From the NCBI GenBank assembly GCA_010015585.1, contig ML975154.1: a DNA stretch of 64,000 nucleotides. One strand, written 5' to 3'. The number at the start of each line of letters is the position of its first letter. Position 1 is the stretch's first letter. The position numbers were made by a program, and so were the translations under genes. Below the pieces are notes generated by a model. The model was not told the origin of the DNA, did not search any database, and saw only the letters and a list, made by a program, of their open reading frames with translations. This document shows positions 48,267-62,600 of the stretch, one piece after another. The stretch is from Eremomyces bilateralis CBS 781.70. Its lineage: Eukaryota.

Positions 48267-49739
48267 TCACAACATTTCTTTGTTGCCTCTGGTATTCTCG
48301 TCGAAACTACCGCCCTCCAACCCGCCGTTGCTTGAACCGGAGCTTGTGCTTGCTTTAGGCAAGGATTGAAGCTCGGTCACCATGGTCCCAGGAGCCGTAT
48401 CAATTGCGTCTTCGACGGTAACAACCACGTCGGTGGTGACCTGCATGCCTGTCGTTGGGATCGGTGCAGACGAAGTTGTGCTTGTCACCCAGCTCTGTTT
48501 GTAAGGGTTCAAGAACGGAGGGAGCACATTTGCCCACCCCTTGGAGTTACTCAGGTCGGCAGGACTGGCAACCCTAGGGCGCTTCAACAACAGGCGCGGG
48601 AAGAACCGCTGCACAAGTGGCTTCAGGGAGATCAGGCTTGCGCATATGATACCAACATTTGCCTCTACGGCAGACCAGACAACAGCAGCGACGCCAGCAT
48701 CTAGAATACTTGTAAGCAAGTGTGCATACGAAACGACTGTGGACCGGTCTTTGCTCGCACTTACTGGTTCCTTCCTTCCGGCCTGAAAAAGCTTGAACGA
48801 GCGTGAGCCTGAGTGTCGCGACAACACAGACGCTTGGTTGAGTGTTAGCAAACGTTCTATGCAACGAATGATTAGTTACACTCACGTTCCGCCAAGGCCG
48901 AAGATCACTAGGACGGTGTTCATCTGCCTCTTCGGCAACTGCAACTGCTTCACAACCGGCATGGGGAGAATCCAGATGATGAGGTCAGCGAGTAGGTTCA
49001 CGCCCGCGGAGGTGAGCCAGTACACATTGAACGACATGCACGTGCCTTCAATGTCCATGGACCAGTACTTTGCAATGGGAACACACACAGTTCCACCACC
49101 TGCAATTCCCCATAGGGCTGCGAGGGTCAGGAGACCATAGAGTGCGTAACACCAACCTTGGACAATCGGGCAGCCCCAAAAGATACGGCAGTACTGGGTC
49201 ACGATAGAGGTCTTGGTCAGGTTGACAGTAGCATGGTAGAGAATGTTGGAACTGATGAGCAGCTAGATGATCCAGTCAGTCAAAGTCTCAAGTCTCGGCG
49301 TTCAAGTCTCGGCGTTCAGGGGTAAACGATGATGATGATAGGGAGCGATGAGACGTACCTTTGCAGTGATGGGACGGATTGCATGCTCGATATCAGCGAC
49401 GCCGAACTTGACTTCTTCGTTCCTCATGTACTCTAGCAATTTTGTTAATCATTGTGTGATCATGGAATTCCCACTGAGAAGAGTGAGGTACTTACGAGCA
49501 GTGATGACTGCAGTCATCCCGATGCTCACCAGCATAGACGCGGTTAGGATGAAATCTTCAGGGCCGACATGATGAAGGATATAGACCCTAGTAGCCCATC
49601 TCGCAATGATAAACAGAAGAGCAAGAGCAGTAATGACAAGGACGGGTGCCACTGCTGCAGCACGTAGCTCATGGCCACTGTCAATTGATCGGGCCACAGC
49701 CCGGGGCATAGGAGATTCTGGGTTCATGATTCGAACCAT
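48267..49739 (-). CDS. PTH11-like (rhodopsin-domain) integral membrane protein without CFEM
   Basis: Exons 49739-49496, 49432-49359, 49262-48886, 48832-48765, 48700-48267, phase-consistent (first acceptor has an in-frame alternative). Motifs ARWATR..GPED, TKTSIVTQYCRIF, CVPIAKYW..GTC, NLLADLIIWILPMP..LQLPKRQ, WSAVEANVGIICASL. Confidence 0.88.
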
Positions 49740-52700
49740 GCGAGAAGCGGAGACAAGGAAGAAGTTGTTGTGAAAGGAAGGCGGATGGGGTAAAGTAGAG
49801 AGAAGAGGGGGAGATGAAGAGGGAGGGGAGGTGGGGAGGAAGTAGAGAAGTGGTAGAGAGGAGAGTAGAGAAGGAAAACTGAGAATATTAACCCATTTGT
49901 GTGGAGGTCAATTACTCACTAGAGTTTCGGTGTTGTTATTGGATTATTTTGATATGGCCAACTTTATGTGAGGTTTCGCAGAGAGGATGTCCTCAGGCAA
50001 GCTAGACTGCAATAGATGTGATATCGGACGGGCCTGGGCGGTTGCCGCGATTTACACTCCAAGGAGCGTAGGCCCCAAGCATGTGTTCTAATAACACAAA
50101 GATGCTTTTCATGGTTCAGAGGGCATTGTGAAAGTGACAGGATACTGGCTGTGGCGAGTCTCCATGCCGCTTGGAACCAAATACCCCCCTTGCCTTAGAG
50201 ATTGGATAGTACTCTTGGTTCAAGGCAATGGAGAGAAAGGACTGAACAGAAAGCCGAACCACACTTGGATCATTAGCTCGCTTGATCCTAGGAGCAAATC
50301 ACATGAATATCTACCTTTTGTAATAGACTTGCATAGAATTTCCTAAATGGAATGAATATCATCGTTAGGGTTAGCGTTCGAGGACCACAGCCTAGCGGCA
50401 GCATTCGATATATTATTGAATAGGGCCATTTGGCCTTCCAATCATCGAAGCCGCTCGCCATTGAGAAGATATAGTTTGGCATGAGCTTCAAGTACTCAAC
50501 AGCTTTTGGTAAATCAGCAGTCTGCTGAATATGATGCTAAAGTTCACTGAACCAACTCATGGTTTTCCTCAACTTTGGAACCAAAAGCACAGGCAACCTA
50601 TTATGTTGGAGACTGAAGTCTAGGTACTTCTGTCTGCAAACGGGTGCAGTGAGGTCCTGACACGTAACAAGAAACAGTCTCCATCATTCTTGGAAGCAAT
50701 CCGTTTAAAGATAAAGCAATGCGAACCATTGGCAAACTGGATCGGCGGTAGTAAGGCGGATATAGCTTGCAAACCGCGGCAATTTTAGTCTAATAGATCA
50801 ATATACGCCTATGATAACAAAGGCAAAATGCAGCTATGCATTCGTCATTGAAATTGAGAGCAGCATAGTGATTGGTGCTAGCAAAATAATCCAATTTCCC
50901 TTGCAGAGTATGGATTAGTCGCTCTGCCGCGATGTACTCATGTGTCGTTTGACATGGCTCCGCCAGGACGGTTCAGTGTAACACTCCATAGACCATGAGT
51001 ATCGCTTAGAGATGAGCTCTTCACAAGAGCCAGGGCACCATAATCGCCATTTTGTGATGCTCGCAGGCCAAGGAAATGGGGATAAATTATATGGAAACAT
51101 CATACTATATATAGTTCAGTCCATCCGTGTCACTACCCGAAAAGGGGGTCGGCCAAATCGAATGAACTTCGATCTACAACTGCATTGGCTCCTGATACAG
51201 TCCCTTGTAGTTGAAGCTGATGGCGGGACTTGTATCGCTCGGTGCCTATTGGAGTGCTTTAGGGGTAAAATCGATATTATAAGGGAGGAGCTGTGGTTGC
51301 TTGGAGGTAACCCCGATTGCATCAGCTGTTGATTAGATCCCTAGGAAGGGAGGTATCTAATAAGACTGGAGTTACGTTTGTCGCAGCCAAGGGACTAAAC
51401 TCCTTTTGCATCATTTTAAATTCTTTGTAGTATCTAGAACTGTTGTCACCTCCGCCCCTCCCAAGTCCGAAAGAGAACAGGAGGCAAGGGGTACAAGGCG
51501 ACAAAGACGACTAGGATCTTGCTTGCACTTCCAATTGAAGTTGCATCCGATGAAGCATCCTCTCTCATAATCTTCAGTGCTTGCAGTGTCTAGAACCGTT
51601 CTCATCTCCACCCGTGCCGTTAGAGCATGGGACGACAAGATACCATCGGCGCCTGAATGGTGCCTTCGCATCATGATCCGTTTGTTTATGATCCTTTCGT
51701 TCTTCCCCAAACTCAAGTTGGTGGTTATGTTCGCCACAGTTCCCCAAGGAAACATGCAAACAGGTAGTCAGACATCTTAGCCGAGCGACAGGAGCCAAGT
51801 CTTCTAAGACGCAATTTCAGAGCCGATTTTTCGCATTGAAAACATCCGAGCAACTTCTGATCTTGCTCCCACAGTTTTCTCCCCCGGTGTTCACCAGTGG
51901 CAGGCGTCAAAGGCGACTGAAGCTGTTTTTGGTGTCGTACTTTCGCTTCCAAGCATGGAACCATCATACAAGGAAAATCTCTAGTCAGGACTTGTTCGGG
52001 ACCATCACTGTCTGCACCGTGTTGTGCCCTTAGACTAGCGCTGGCCAGTCCTTTGAAGGCAATTGGATGCAGGGTGGACTTTTAGAGTCGCGCTTTCGCT
52101 CCCGAGCCTCTCTGAATCTTCAGTTCCTCATATCACGTTCCAGCTTGAGTGTTCAGATGTATTCCTGTTTCTCCAACAGACATATGCAGCTAAGCACCCG
52201 GGTGGGCGCATGAACGTGTGGCGTGCGGTAGGGGTGAACTGCTCAGGCGGCCAGAGATCCAGTGAGTTGGGGAGTCGTGTTGGGTGTCGTGCTTTCCCAA
52301 TTTTAGGAGATATCTGACGGCAGGAACCATATAGTATCTAGATGTTATGACTCGGACAACTCTTCGAATATCCCACACTCCTCGTCCCTGGATTCGGCTT
52401 TATAAAGGGACCTACAAGTATATTCGAATCCAATATTGCACTCACAGGAATTGAATGAAAATTCGCTAACAATAGGCAGACTTTTAGATAACAAGGCTTG
52501 GAGACCAAACGGAGCAAACATGATATACTCTGCAAGGAAGCGGACCTGGATAACAGGACTTGGACACCAAACACAGCAAGCATGAAAAACTCTACAAGGA
52601 AGCAGACATCGACTTGATATGAAAACCATAATTAGGAATGCTAAGTGACTTACTGACTGGCATGTATGCAGGTGCTTCCTAGATCATAGACCTGAAAAAT

Positions 52701-53988
52701 CGCTCACGGTGCACAGGAGCCCTCGAAGAAGGCAAATTTATGGTCTCACAAATGAAACCTCCGCTTACTGGCCCGAGATCCGACTATCGGTGCGACTTGG
52801 CTCCATCGACCGCAAACGGTGCCAAAATCCTTGGAGCTGGACTCCGCTGTCAAGCAAGTTAACTCGATCAGCTTGTGCTTATGTGGGAAGAATCAAAGGC
52901 CTGAAAAACAGCGCTCGAAATGCGATATGTCACGTACCCGGTTGTTTGGGACAAGATCGAAGTACCCGCCTTGTCCACACGATCCACTCTCCAGTTCAGT
53001 GAATGGCCCATCACGGGAAGTAGCATGCGTGGAGTCGACGGCACATGTCACCCGAAGACGTGTGTCCCGCAATAGCAACGCTTCATGCGAAAGTGGTGAG
53101 TATGATTTGTCATGTTGACCGATGGAGTGGCGGATATGGCGACTGATTTTCTACACCTGGTTAGAATTACGGTGAGGGGAATTGGAGTATTTGATATACT
53201 TACATGTCTCAGATCCGGGGAATAGAAATATTCCTCCATTCGTAAAGTGGGGACACAAACATCCGGACCGACACTTGTATATCCGCTGCTTCAGATACGT
53301 GTACCTGGCCGCGTGCCTGGGATCGCCGTGGGTTCACATCCCTTCCGCAATGGAGTTAGTGTGGCACCAAATTCTTAAGTATCGAGGACATCGAGTTCTC
53401 AGGTTTTCGAGTCTGAATGTTGGTTGTTGCATTGCGCGGATGTGCAGATCATTCAGTCACGTCAAAGAGACACGTGCTTGTGACGTGCGGTCGAGACGGT
53501 GAACGACTGACACCTCTCAGGAGAATTAGCAGCCAGTCTGCTTCCGACCAAGGGAAAAGGATGAAAGCCGCTGCCATTAGGGGATGAGGGACGGAGGAAG
53601 CAACTCAGTCGCCTTTCCATGTCCCTATATGTGCTCGCAGCTCCGCTCGCCTTCTTCTCAGGTATGTTTGCAAACATTGTATTCTGAATTTCCTCCACGT
53701 GCATTGTTGGCAAGCCTGGTACCGCCTCAGGCGGCAACTGGAAGTGCACGCAAGGCGATGCACTGATACAACTACTATTCACCCACCATCCAACTCTAGA
53801 TGATCTAACCAACAGAAATTCAGTCTTTAGACCCCCGGCTGCTCCTCTCCGAGCATTGGTGAGCGTTCACCATTGCCATCGGCAGTTGTCTTGATTTTGG
53901 CGTTGAGCTTCGGAACGAATTCAGTTATACAACTTCTTTCGAATGAAGCTCCAGACTTCACACATCAGGATGGTACAATCGCACAACC

Positions 53989-55567
53989 ATGCTGTGCGGA
54001 ACCAGTGGTATACCGTTCCCATGCTGAGTGTCAGAGGCAACTGCTGATATGCACAGTTTCAGGAGGCATAAGTGCCGAAACGAAGATCGGACAGGGCACT
54101 ACGCATATTTCAGTGCCTCGGATTGCCTTGAAGGGCGAGAGACCAGAGACAGAGGGAACGCTCCTTCCCGTGGAGTGCCTCAACAGGAGCGTAGCGTTGT
54201 GGTCAGGCGACACTCTCGACACCAACAAGATGGACTTGGAGAAAAACGGAACGGAACTACCTCCTAAGCAAGGTTTTCGACTGACACGAGCATTTCGGTT
54301 CGATTACGTGACGACGTACCGAGCCCTGTTCTCGACAGTTTCGCTGGCGAATATAATCGCCATGGCCATCGTATTGACCAACTGTGAAAGACAGGATGGC
54401 TGGAAGTTCAACGATATACTTGGCACCGCTGTCGCCGCCAATGCTACCGCGGCGATTATCTGTCGCAACGAGCTCTTCGTCAACCTTCTCTTCAGTATTG
54501 CCACCGCGGTGCCGCGTTCTGCCCCGATCCGGATCCGGAAGCGAGTGTGCCAGGTCTACCATTATGGTGGTATCCACAGCAGTGCCGCCGCAGCAGCGAC
54601 AGGGTGGTATATCGCGTTGGCCGCTTCGACGGCGTACACAACCCGCTTCAATCGAACCCTACGCGGCTGGACTATCGTGTCCTTATCCTCAAGCATCGCT
54701 TGCATTCTTGTCATGATGTGTATTTCAGCCATGCCTTTCATTCGATCCAACTTGCACAATTGTTTCGAGCGCATTCACCGATTCGGCGGCTGGATATGCA
54801 TAGTTCTCTTCTACACTCAATTCTTTCTCTCCACCATCTGGTTCCCCGATACCAGCACTGGCTCCACGATCATCAAAAGACCCGCGTTCTGGCTCTTAGC
54901 GGTCACCACAGCTTGCATAATCTGGCCGTGGATCAACACGCGAAAGAGGCCGGCAAAAGTGGAAAAGCTCTCGCCGCATGCCATCCGTGTCCACTTCCGA
55001 GGTCTCGTCCATTCGTGCATGGGAATCCGCATCGCCATTAACCCGTTGAACCAACATCATGCGTTCGCAACCATTCCCGAAATGGAAAACGATTATCCGA
55101 GTTTCAGCGTAATAATTTCCAACGCCGGTGATTGGACACATCGGATCATTACTTCGCCGCCGTCTCATTTCTGGATTCGGGGACTGCCAGTCTTCGGGGT
55201 CCTTCGCCTAGCAACCATATTCAGCCCGGTGCTAGTGGTGGCGACAGGTTCTGGCATCGGTCCATGCCTCGGATTGTTCGTCAATGCTCCTCACCTCAAA
55301 TGCCGGGTACTTTGGGTGACGAGAAGCCCTGAGAGCATGTTCGGCAGCCGAATCATTCAGAGCGTCCTCCAGGCAGATCCAAATGCTATCATTATCGATA
55401 CCGGCGTCTCTAGGAGACCGGATCTCATCAAGACAACCTATGAACTCTATGTCGAGTCAAATGCTGAGGCGGTATTCTGCATATCGAATCAGAAGTCGAC
55501 AAGGGAGGTGGTTGGGGCGATGGAGAGGCGCGGCGTTCCTGCGTACGGCCCAATATGGGATTCATAA
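53989..55567 (+). CDS. TmpA-like membrane flavoprotein / putative oxidoreductase
   Basis: Multi-TM region with YHYGGIHS and LHNCFERIHRFGGW, then HAFAT, SNAGDWT, VVATGSGIGPCL, AEAVFCISN, terminal PAYGPIWDS. Start uncertain: ATG 53989 with intron 54008-54056, or ATG 54230. Confidence 0.8.
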
Positions 55568-58295
55568 TCGGTGGTCTACTGTGATAGACGTAATATACCG
55601 ACAGAAACGCAGGTCTGCGGAAGATACATGTTCTGAAAGCAACATCTTGGCGATATTACTGCTTGCAAAATATGGGGGCTTGGTATTTGCGATAGGAAGT
55701 TATGACAAGACAAGAGGTCTCAGAAAGGGAAATGCATAGATGAAGCGGGAGTAGCTGTATATTACTGATTCAGGAGAGCGAAAGGTATCTATACAGACCT
55801 TACGTAACAAATGAACATACCTTAGTGATACAATAGGTACTGGTGCAAAGGATAGGATTGATGTTCAGCAAGCGGTAAGACAATAGAGACTTGACACAAG
55901 CATAAGAGTACTAACGCGCAACATATTCATCCACGGCATAATCCGAACGCTGACTACGGGTTGGAATCTGGAAACAAAGGCATGATGAAAGCCTTGAAAT
56001 GGAACGCAGCAAGGGGCAAGACAATGATCGAGGGACGAAAAAGGAGAACCACGTTATTGCTACTGACCGGCTGACTGCATAATGCAATTGGAAACTCCAT
56101 CTGCCCGAAAGAGTCGGATAGCTCATAGCATAATAGACGAATCCGTCAGACAGACTGAAACCGTCGCCTCCAACAACCTCTTTCATGACTGATCGCTAGG
56201 TTGCAATCGGTCCGGCCGACCCCTCTCTGTATCAGATTGGTTTCGACTTCCCGATCTTCTCCGCGGCGCACCGATCAACAACATCCACGACGCAAATGAC
56301 CGAACAATGGGACAAAGAAGGGTCCATCAACTTCCCTATCCAGCGCGCATATGTAGCGGTAGACTCAATGGCAGCGACGGAGCGGGCGTCACGAGAACAA
56401 TAGACCAGCAAGCTACATGGACGATGTCATGCGGGCACAGCTGAAGAGCAACGGGGAGGGAGGACATGAACGGGCCGATGGGATGAAGCACAATTGGGAC
56501 CGAACTGCAGACCAGAGGTGCAGGAGATGCAGGACTTAAATGATGGGCAATGTGGGAATTCGGAATTGGGATGGATTATACGCTAGTGCGGTGCGCTATA
56601 GGTGTAAGTTGCGCCAATCAGCGAGCTGGTGGGGATAGATGGAATCTTTTGCAACTTTTTTGTCTCAAGAGCCCGAAACAGGGGCATGGATTCAGTTGTG
56701 GAGGCTGTGGATGGTGATGGCGTCTCATGGGGGAATGGAGATCTAGCCTGGCGCTTCCAATGGGCCGAGAATATGGAATAGGCACTGTAAAGTTTGGTGG
56801 ACTGTCTTGACAAGTTGAACTGTGCACGCAGGAAGTCTTGAATTTGGACCGTACCTTACTGTATTAGACTATATTAACCTGTGCGTGCCTGCATGGTGCT
56901 TCAATGGAACTGATAGTTATTGATATTGGTAGTTATTAATAATAACTGAATCCTCCCCCGAGTCCCGACTCCGTCCCAGTATTTCTGCGACAAATTGTAG
57001 AGCACGTGACAGGGGCTGCAGGCCAAGCAGCTAATGAGAGGACAAGAAAGCGGGATTTGGAATTGCCTCGCAGGAAGCCAAGCGTAAGCGCGAAATCTAA
57101 GGCTCCAAGGCCAACATGCCACTTCCACTTCACCGAAATCCTTTGATACAATTGACCTCCACATCAATCTTCCTCTCCCTGATCCCTCACACCTTTCATA
57201 CCACACACCCTTCACCTCCAATTCTCATTCCCCAAATGACATCTGCACAGTATTTGTCACTCCGTAGTTTGGAATTGACCGTTTACTTTGTACCGTCCCA
57301 ACTTCCATATCCCCCCATTCGTTCTGGCCTCTGGAACTAGTCCACCACTCCACCACTCCACCCAACCTACATCTAAGTCCTAGATCCGTCTCATTGGTGT
57401 CGGGGATATTTGGAAATGCCGCTATGGATCCTTCGGTCTGACGATTTGAACATTTCGAAGAGAGTGGCTTGCCTAGAGGATCCCTCGAGGAAGGCGGATG
57501 CTCTCAAATCGTCCAATGCGATCTGGAACCGTCATCGGATTCCCAGTGGCACTACATGATGACTGACGCCGCATGCTTGTTTGATACTGGACCACATCTT
57601 CGGGAATCGGGTCGGTCTGCGACTCGATGTGTGTGCGATTGTCGTTGCTGGCAACGGAGATTTGGCCCTCTGAGATGTAACGAGGTGACGCTGCGGCGTG
57701 GTAAAGAACGGTAGGTACAGTTAGGATTCCATCATGCATCACTTTTCCAACTCTTCCCCATCCTCGCCCGCTCGGCAACTTTTTTTTTCTTTGACCGTCA
57801 TTGGCTTGGATTCCCCTTTTGTGTGTAATTCGGCGTCTATTTGATATTTTGCCTCTCCCGCTACCTTTCCTGTCTATCTGAGTTGAAAGGCACGAGTCAT
57901 CTCCACATCAAATTTGTACCAGTCAATGGAAGCGAACCGTTCCATATCGTCCTGTGTTCCTCGCTCGAGCATTTGACTTCTTGAGATCCGTCTGGGTTCC
58001 ATCATCCTTCAAATACCGTGATACTGTCATTTCGGGACACGAGTCGAAACCACAACATCGACATTCCGAGTACACTGAAAAACTCTCCGCCTGGCCGAGT
58101 GTACGACGTCGTGTTTGATTCCTACGATCCTTCGAACTTTACCCCTGCGCCATCTCTGTCGTCTTTGTGCTTGAAAAAGAGAGGATTCCGTCCTAGATGT
58201 CCACACCAACTCAATAGTCTCGTGAATTCTGCCTGGAGGCCTTCTCATCTTCTATCCTCACTTAACCACCACCATCGCCCTATCACTTCATCACC

Positions 58296-58679
58296 ATGGC
58301 CGGTCATAATCAGCAATACCCCCTCCACCAAACCCACCAAATCAGCCAACCCGGCCAAACCCAGCCAACGCGGTATCCCCAGTACCAACCTCACTCTGAG
58401 CAGATGCCCAAACCACATCCATACTTGCCGCCAGCCCTTCTCTCTTCAATCGAATCATGGGCTCGATCTCTGCCGAACCGGCCGCCATCACAGGGTTCTC
58501 CATCGGGAATATCGTCGACAGGATCCGCATCGACAGCGGGACCCGGGACATCGTCCTCGCAAAGCTCACCGACGATGCCTGTACCACCCCCAAGGCCACT
58601 TTCAACTTCATCGGATCCCGCGGTCCAGGCATATCTGGCATTCAAGATGTCGTTGTTGCAGCGTCAGGACGTTGCGTAA
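58296..58679 (+). CDS. Possible short Q/P/S-rich hypothetical protein or 5' part of a decayed gene
   Basis: ATG in good context (CACCATGG) after a pyrimidine-rich leader; low-complexity product; no recognisable domain and no clean continuation found. Confidence 0.3.
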   Translation: MAGHNQQYPLHQTHQISQPGQTQPTRYPQYQPHSEQMPKPHPYLPPALLSSIESWARSLPNRPPSQGSPSGISSTGSASTAGPGTSSSQSSPTMPVPPPRPLSTSSDPAVQAYLAFKMSLLQRQDVA

Positions 58680-59674
58680 CCTTCAGATGCGGTATCCACA
58701 GCAAGGCATACCTTATGAACTGCCAGAACGCTGCTAGCTTTGCCGATGTTGGATCCCGTTATTGGAAGGAATTTCAGACCGATCGGTCCTCTCTCCCTCG
58801 CAAAGATGCTGCGCGTGGGACGTTCGTTTCGGCGCATTGCTATCGACGATACGCTTTCTCTCCTCGAGAGGATGGTTCCAGGCCTTGCCTCACGTCCATG
58901 CAAAGATCGCCGGCCACTAATAAGGAACTGAAGGGGCAATATATTCCCAACCCGGATCCGGCGATCCAGTTTCAATTAGACAGACTTGTCGTATGTCGAA
59001 TTCGGACGTCCACGGCCGCCCTTTCCATGACATCACGACGACCCCGGACTATACATGGTTAAATTTTCCATCCTCCTCTGCCTTCCTCGGCGGTTCATTC
59101 TGGAAACCACCACGATTTGCCGAAGGACAATGGATCTGGGATATTCATATACTAATTATCATGGCGCTGGTTGCTCATTCTTCATGTCCTCAACACCTCG
59201 TTGCTCTGTCCTTGTTGTATGATCACGGGAACCACCTGAAGCACCTTGAGTCGCGAGAGGCGGAACCCTGAACTCTGGATGTCACTCGGCATGGAAGGCC
59301 TCATTTGGCAGGTCGGCGTAATTTTATGTTAGATGGATTGGAATTTGGAAACGTAAATAGCTTACTTCATACAACTGCACATAGTTAGAATGCGGTCTAC
59401 ACTCGCTCTGTGTATTGTGTGGAATCGAATCGATATTTGCTTATTGGCGATCGAACTTCCTTTTCCTCCATTTATCAGCTATGCTCTAGTTGGCATTAAA
59501 TGCACCGCGATACAATTATCGTCATATGGGATCTCTGATCGACCTTCGACCTGGCCATACCACTGATCCCTTGCCATCAAAATAATCCAAGTGCCTTGAT
59601 TTTCTTGCCTGAAAGTCACCAATCACGGAGTCCTAGAGTGTGCGTAGATATATCCTGGAGCCGTATCTTCCACC

Positions 59675-62600
59675 TCACAACTTCGGTTCCAGCTCCTCAA
59701 AGAAACTCAAATCTTGAACCGGCACTGCCGCCGCGCTCATCGGCAATCCAGCCTTGAACAGTCGAATGTCTTCGATCAACGTCGGCTCCCCGTTCGCAAG
59801 TACCAGCGCCTCCTCGTCCGCCTCGGGTGCCTGGGCTTTCTCGCCAGCTGCGCCGACGTCCACGAGCACCTTCCCAAGCACGTCCTTTCCTTGCTCAAGA
59901 ATGCCCGCCGCGGCAGTCTCGTCCATCCCTGCATCCTTGACGAGATACGCGCGCACGGCGCCCAAGATAGTAGCGTGGTCGCCGCTGGCAACGTCGATGT
60001 CTTGGAACCGTTCGGCGAGCTTGGATGCGTCAGAGGGGACGTTGGCGGCTTGGAATAACTGCGCGAGAAGCGCGAGGAGCGCGGTGGTCTTGTCGGCGGG
60101 GCTGGAGATGTTCTGGGCGCGAAGGTGGACGGTGAGTTTGGCGCGGGTGGGCGACGCCGGGCTAATATACTCGTTGTAGAAGGCGATGATGTCGGATTTG
60201 GTAAGGTTGGTGATGTAGGTGGCGCCGATTTCATCTAAACGGGTAGTGTTAGTGGACTGGATAAGAAACAGTATTGACGACCGGTGGAGGGGCAAATAAC
60301 TACTTACGTTCTAGGAAATCAAACCGTTCGCTCAGGATATGCGTCGTGAACCGGTCTGTCTCAGAAGAGAGATTCTTCAGCCGTTCCAAGCGCCGGTTGA
60401 TAATGGCCCTCTTATGTTTCTCGAATTGGATGTCCGTCATTTCCTCCAACCGCTTGCCAAGAGACTGCAAGAAGACCTCGATCCGCTTCTCTAGGTACTC
60501 TGGCGAGCGCTCGCTTTGGATCAACACCCGGAATCCGAGAAGTCCATCGATTGCAATCATAGTGCTCCATACGATGTATCCCAGTTGCTCTTTGGTTCGG
60601 AGTTGGTCGAACGATGGCTCATCGGCGATTTGCGCAAACAAGCCGACTTTGGCTCGCATCACGCGGTCATATTGGTTGCCCGCGTAGACATGGAGCTCGA
60701 TGCAATTGTTTACATTTGCCGGGTCCCTGAGCGTTTTCTCATGCCGGAAATTGCTTCCAGGGGGGAAGACAAGCGAGCGTCGCAGAGGCCACTGAGATCT
60801 CGGGAGTCGCTGTGGCCGGAGAATGGTCTCGATTAGGCTTGCCATCTTCAGAGCGTCTTCCTTGTAGAGGTTGCCGTGGGCGAGAATCTCGGTATGGAAT
60901 TGGCCTAGAAGTAGGGGGTGCATTTGTCGTACGTCGTCGATGGTTACTGCGTCCATCTCGGCGAGGAGCTGGTCATTGGACCAGAAGCGTTCGACAATCA
61001 GCGACCTGAACAGTCCTCCGATCTGTTGATACGGCTGCTGCAGTTCCAGGTTGCGGTATCCCCTGGTCAACCGCTCTTTGAGAATGTCGAATCGGTCTTG
61101 TCGTATGTCGAGGTCCCGCATCGCCGTCAGCACCTTCTCCAATAGCACAGGCATCTTGTCGTTGTAGCCGTGGACGAGGATCTTCACCCCCAGGGTGCTT
61201 ATTGCTTCGCCGCAGTCCAGGCCTGCAATCTCTGCCGCATAAACGTATTCAACCAGCTCGTCTCTCACCAGTTCGATGTACAACTGCTGGATGACAGCGT
61301 TGCGGGCCGAGATAAAGGCCAAGGGTGTTCGTAAGAGCACATGGAAGAAGGCTTTGGGCACCCAGAACCTGTCGTCCTTCTTGTGCCATAAGCGCATATT
61401 CTCCTCATTTCGAAGAAGACTGGGGAACTTTGAGGGTTCTGCGACCTCCTTCTTTTCCACATCAAGTCTAGTCGGGACGAATTCATTAGGCATAGGAAGA
61501 TGTAACTCCGGCGCTCGATGACAGGACGATGCCTTTGAGGCTTTGTGTATTCGCTCGAGGAATTCCAGCGGAATCTTCTCAGCTGTATATTCAGTGCCAT
61601 ACCACTTCTCTTTCTGGTTCCAGACACCCGGGTATTTCTGGCTAACAAGGAGCATCCGGAAGTTGTCCGGCCGCAAGTGGCGCAGCCCATTCTGAATGGC
61701 CTCCGGGTTGAAATGCCTGATAATCGACGATCCGCTGAGGATGTGGTGTGGTTTGAATGGCTTTTGCATCTTTGAACTAAGCTGGCTTGTGGTCTTCATG
61801 GCTCGACTCTTCTGCTTGAACCGGAAGTCCACTTCTGCAATTCCCTTGAGTTCATCGACTACCCACTTTTGGGGTGCAGTTTCGGTCAAGATAGAGATGT
61901 ACTGGAAGATGACGAGAATCACCTCTTGGTAGTTCTCCAGGCCTTGCTCAGTCAGACTGACCGAGATGTTGAAGAGGGCTGATCCGGGGCAAATCTCATT
62001 CATGCCGGCTCCCAATCCACTGGCCCAGCCTTTGTTTTTGAGGTATGCAAGTATGCTTCCAGGACCTTCATGTCCGATCAAGTGTGACAAGTATCGGCTA
62101 GGATGCGATTCGTACAAGTGCTCCTCGTCTGGGTACGGGAAGGACAGTTCCAGTGAACGCATATCAAAGACCGGTTTAGCAAAGACCTGGACGCATAGTT
62201 CATTCTCAGTGAGTGGGGAGATGTCCCATCGCAATCGAGGGAGCATCTTGTTCTCTACTGCCGAAAACATTTCCGTTACCCATTGCTCCAAGGTATCAAG
62301 ACTCTCTAGTCCAAGAAGCGCCAACTTCATCCGGTTGGCAGAGTAGTGAGTGTGGTAGAATTTCATGAACTCATCCCTGATCCGGACGCCCCGTGCAATC
62401 GGATCATCATGGAGAGTCTTATAATTGCCGGTAGAGAAATGATTGTAAGGATGTTTGGGGTTTGATAGAGACTTGTTGATCTGATGGAGCCTCCAGTTGT
62501 CACTCTGGAGATTCTTCTTGTTTTCCGAATCAACAGCCCGCAGCTCCCTGTCCAAGGTCTCCTCCAGGAACAGAGGTTCGATGAAGAACTGTGCAAACCG

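Noticed and set aside
55911..57340. Short ORFs between the TmpA-like and Ste23-like genes
   Set aside because: No motifs and no consistent splice chain found.
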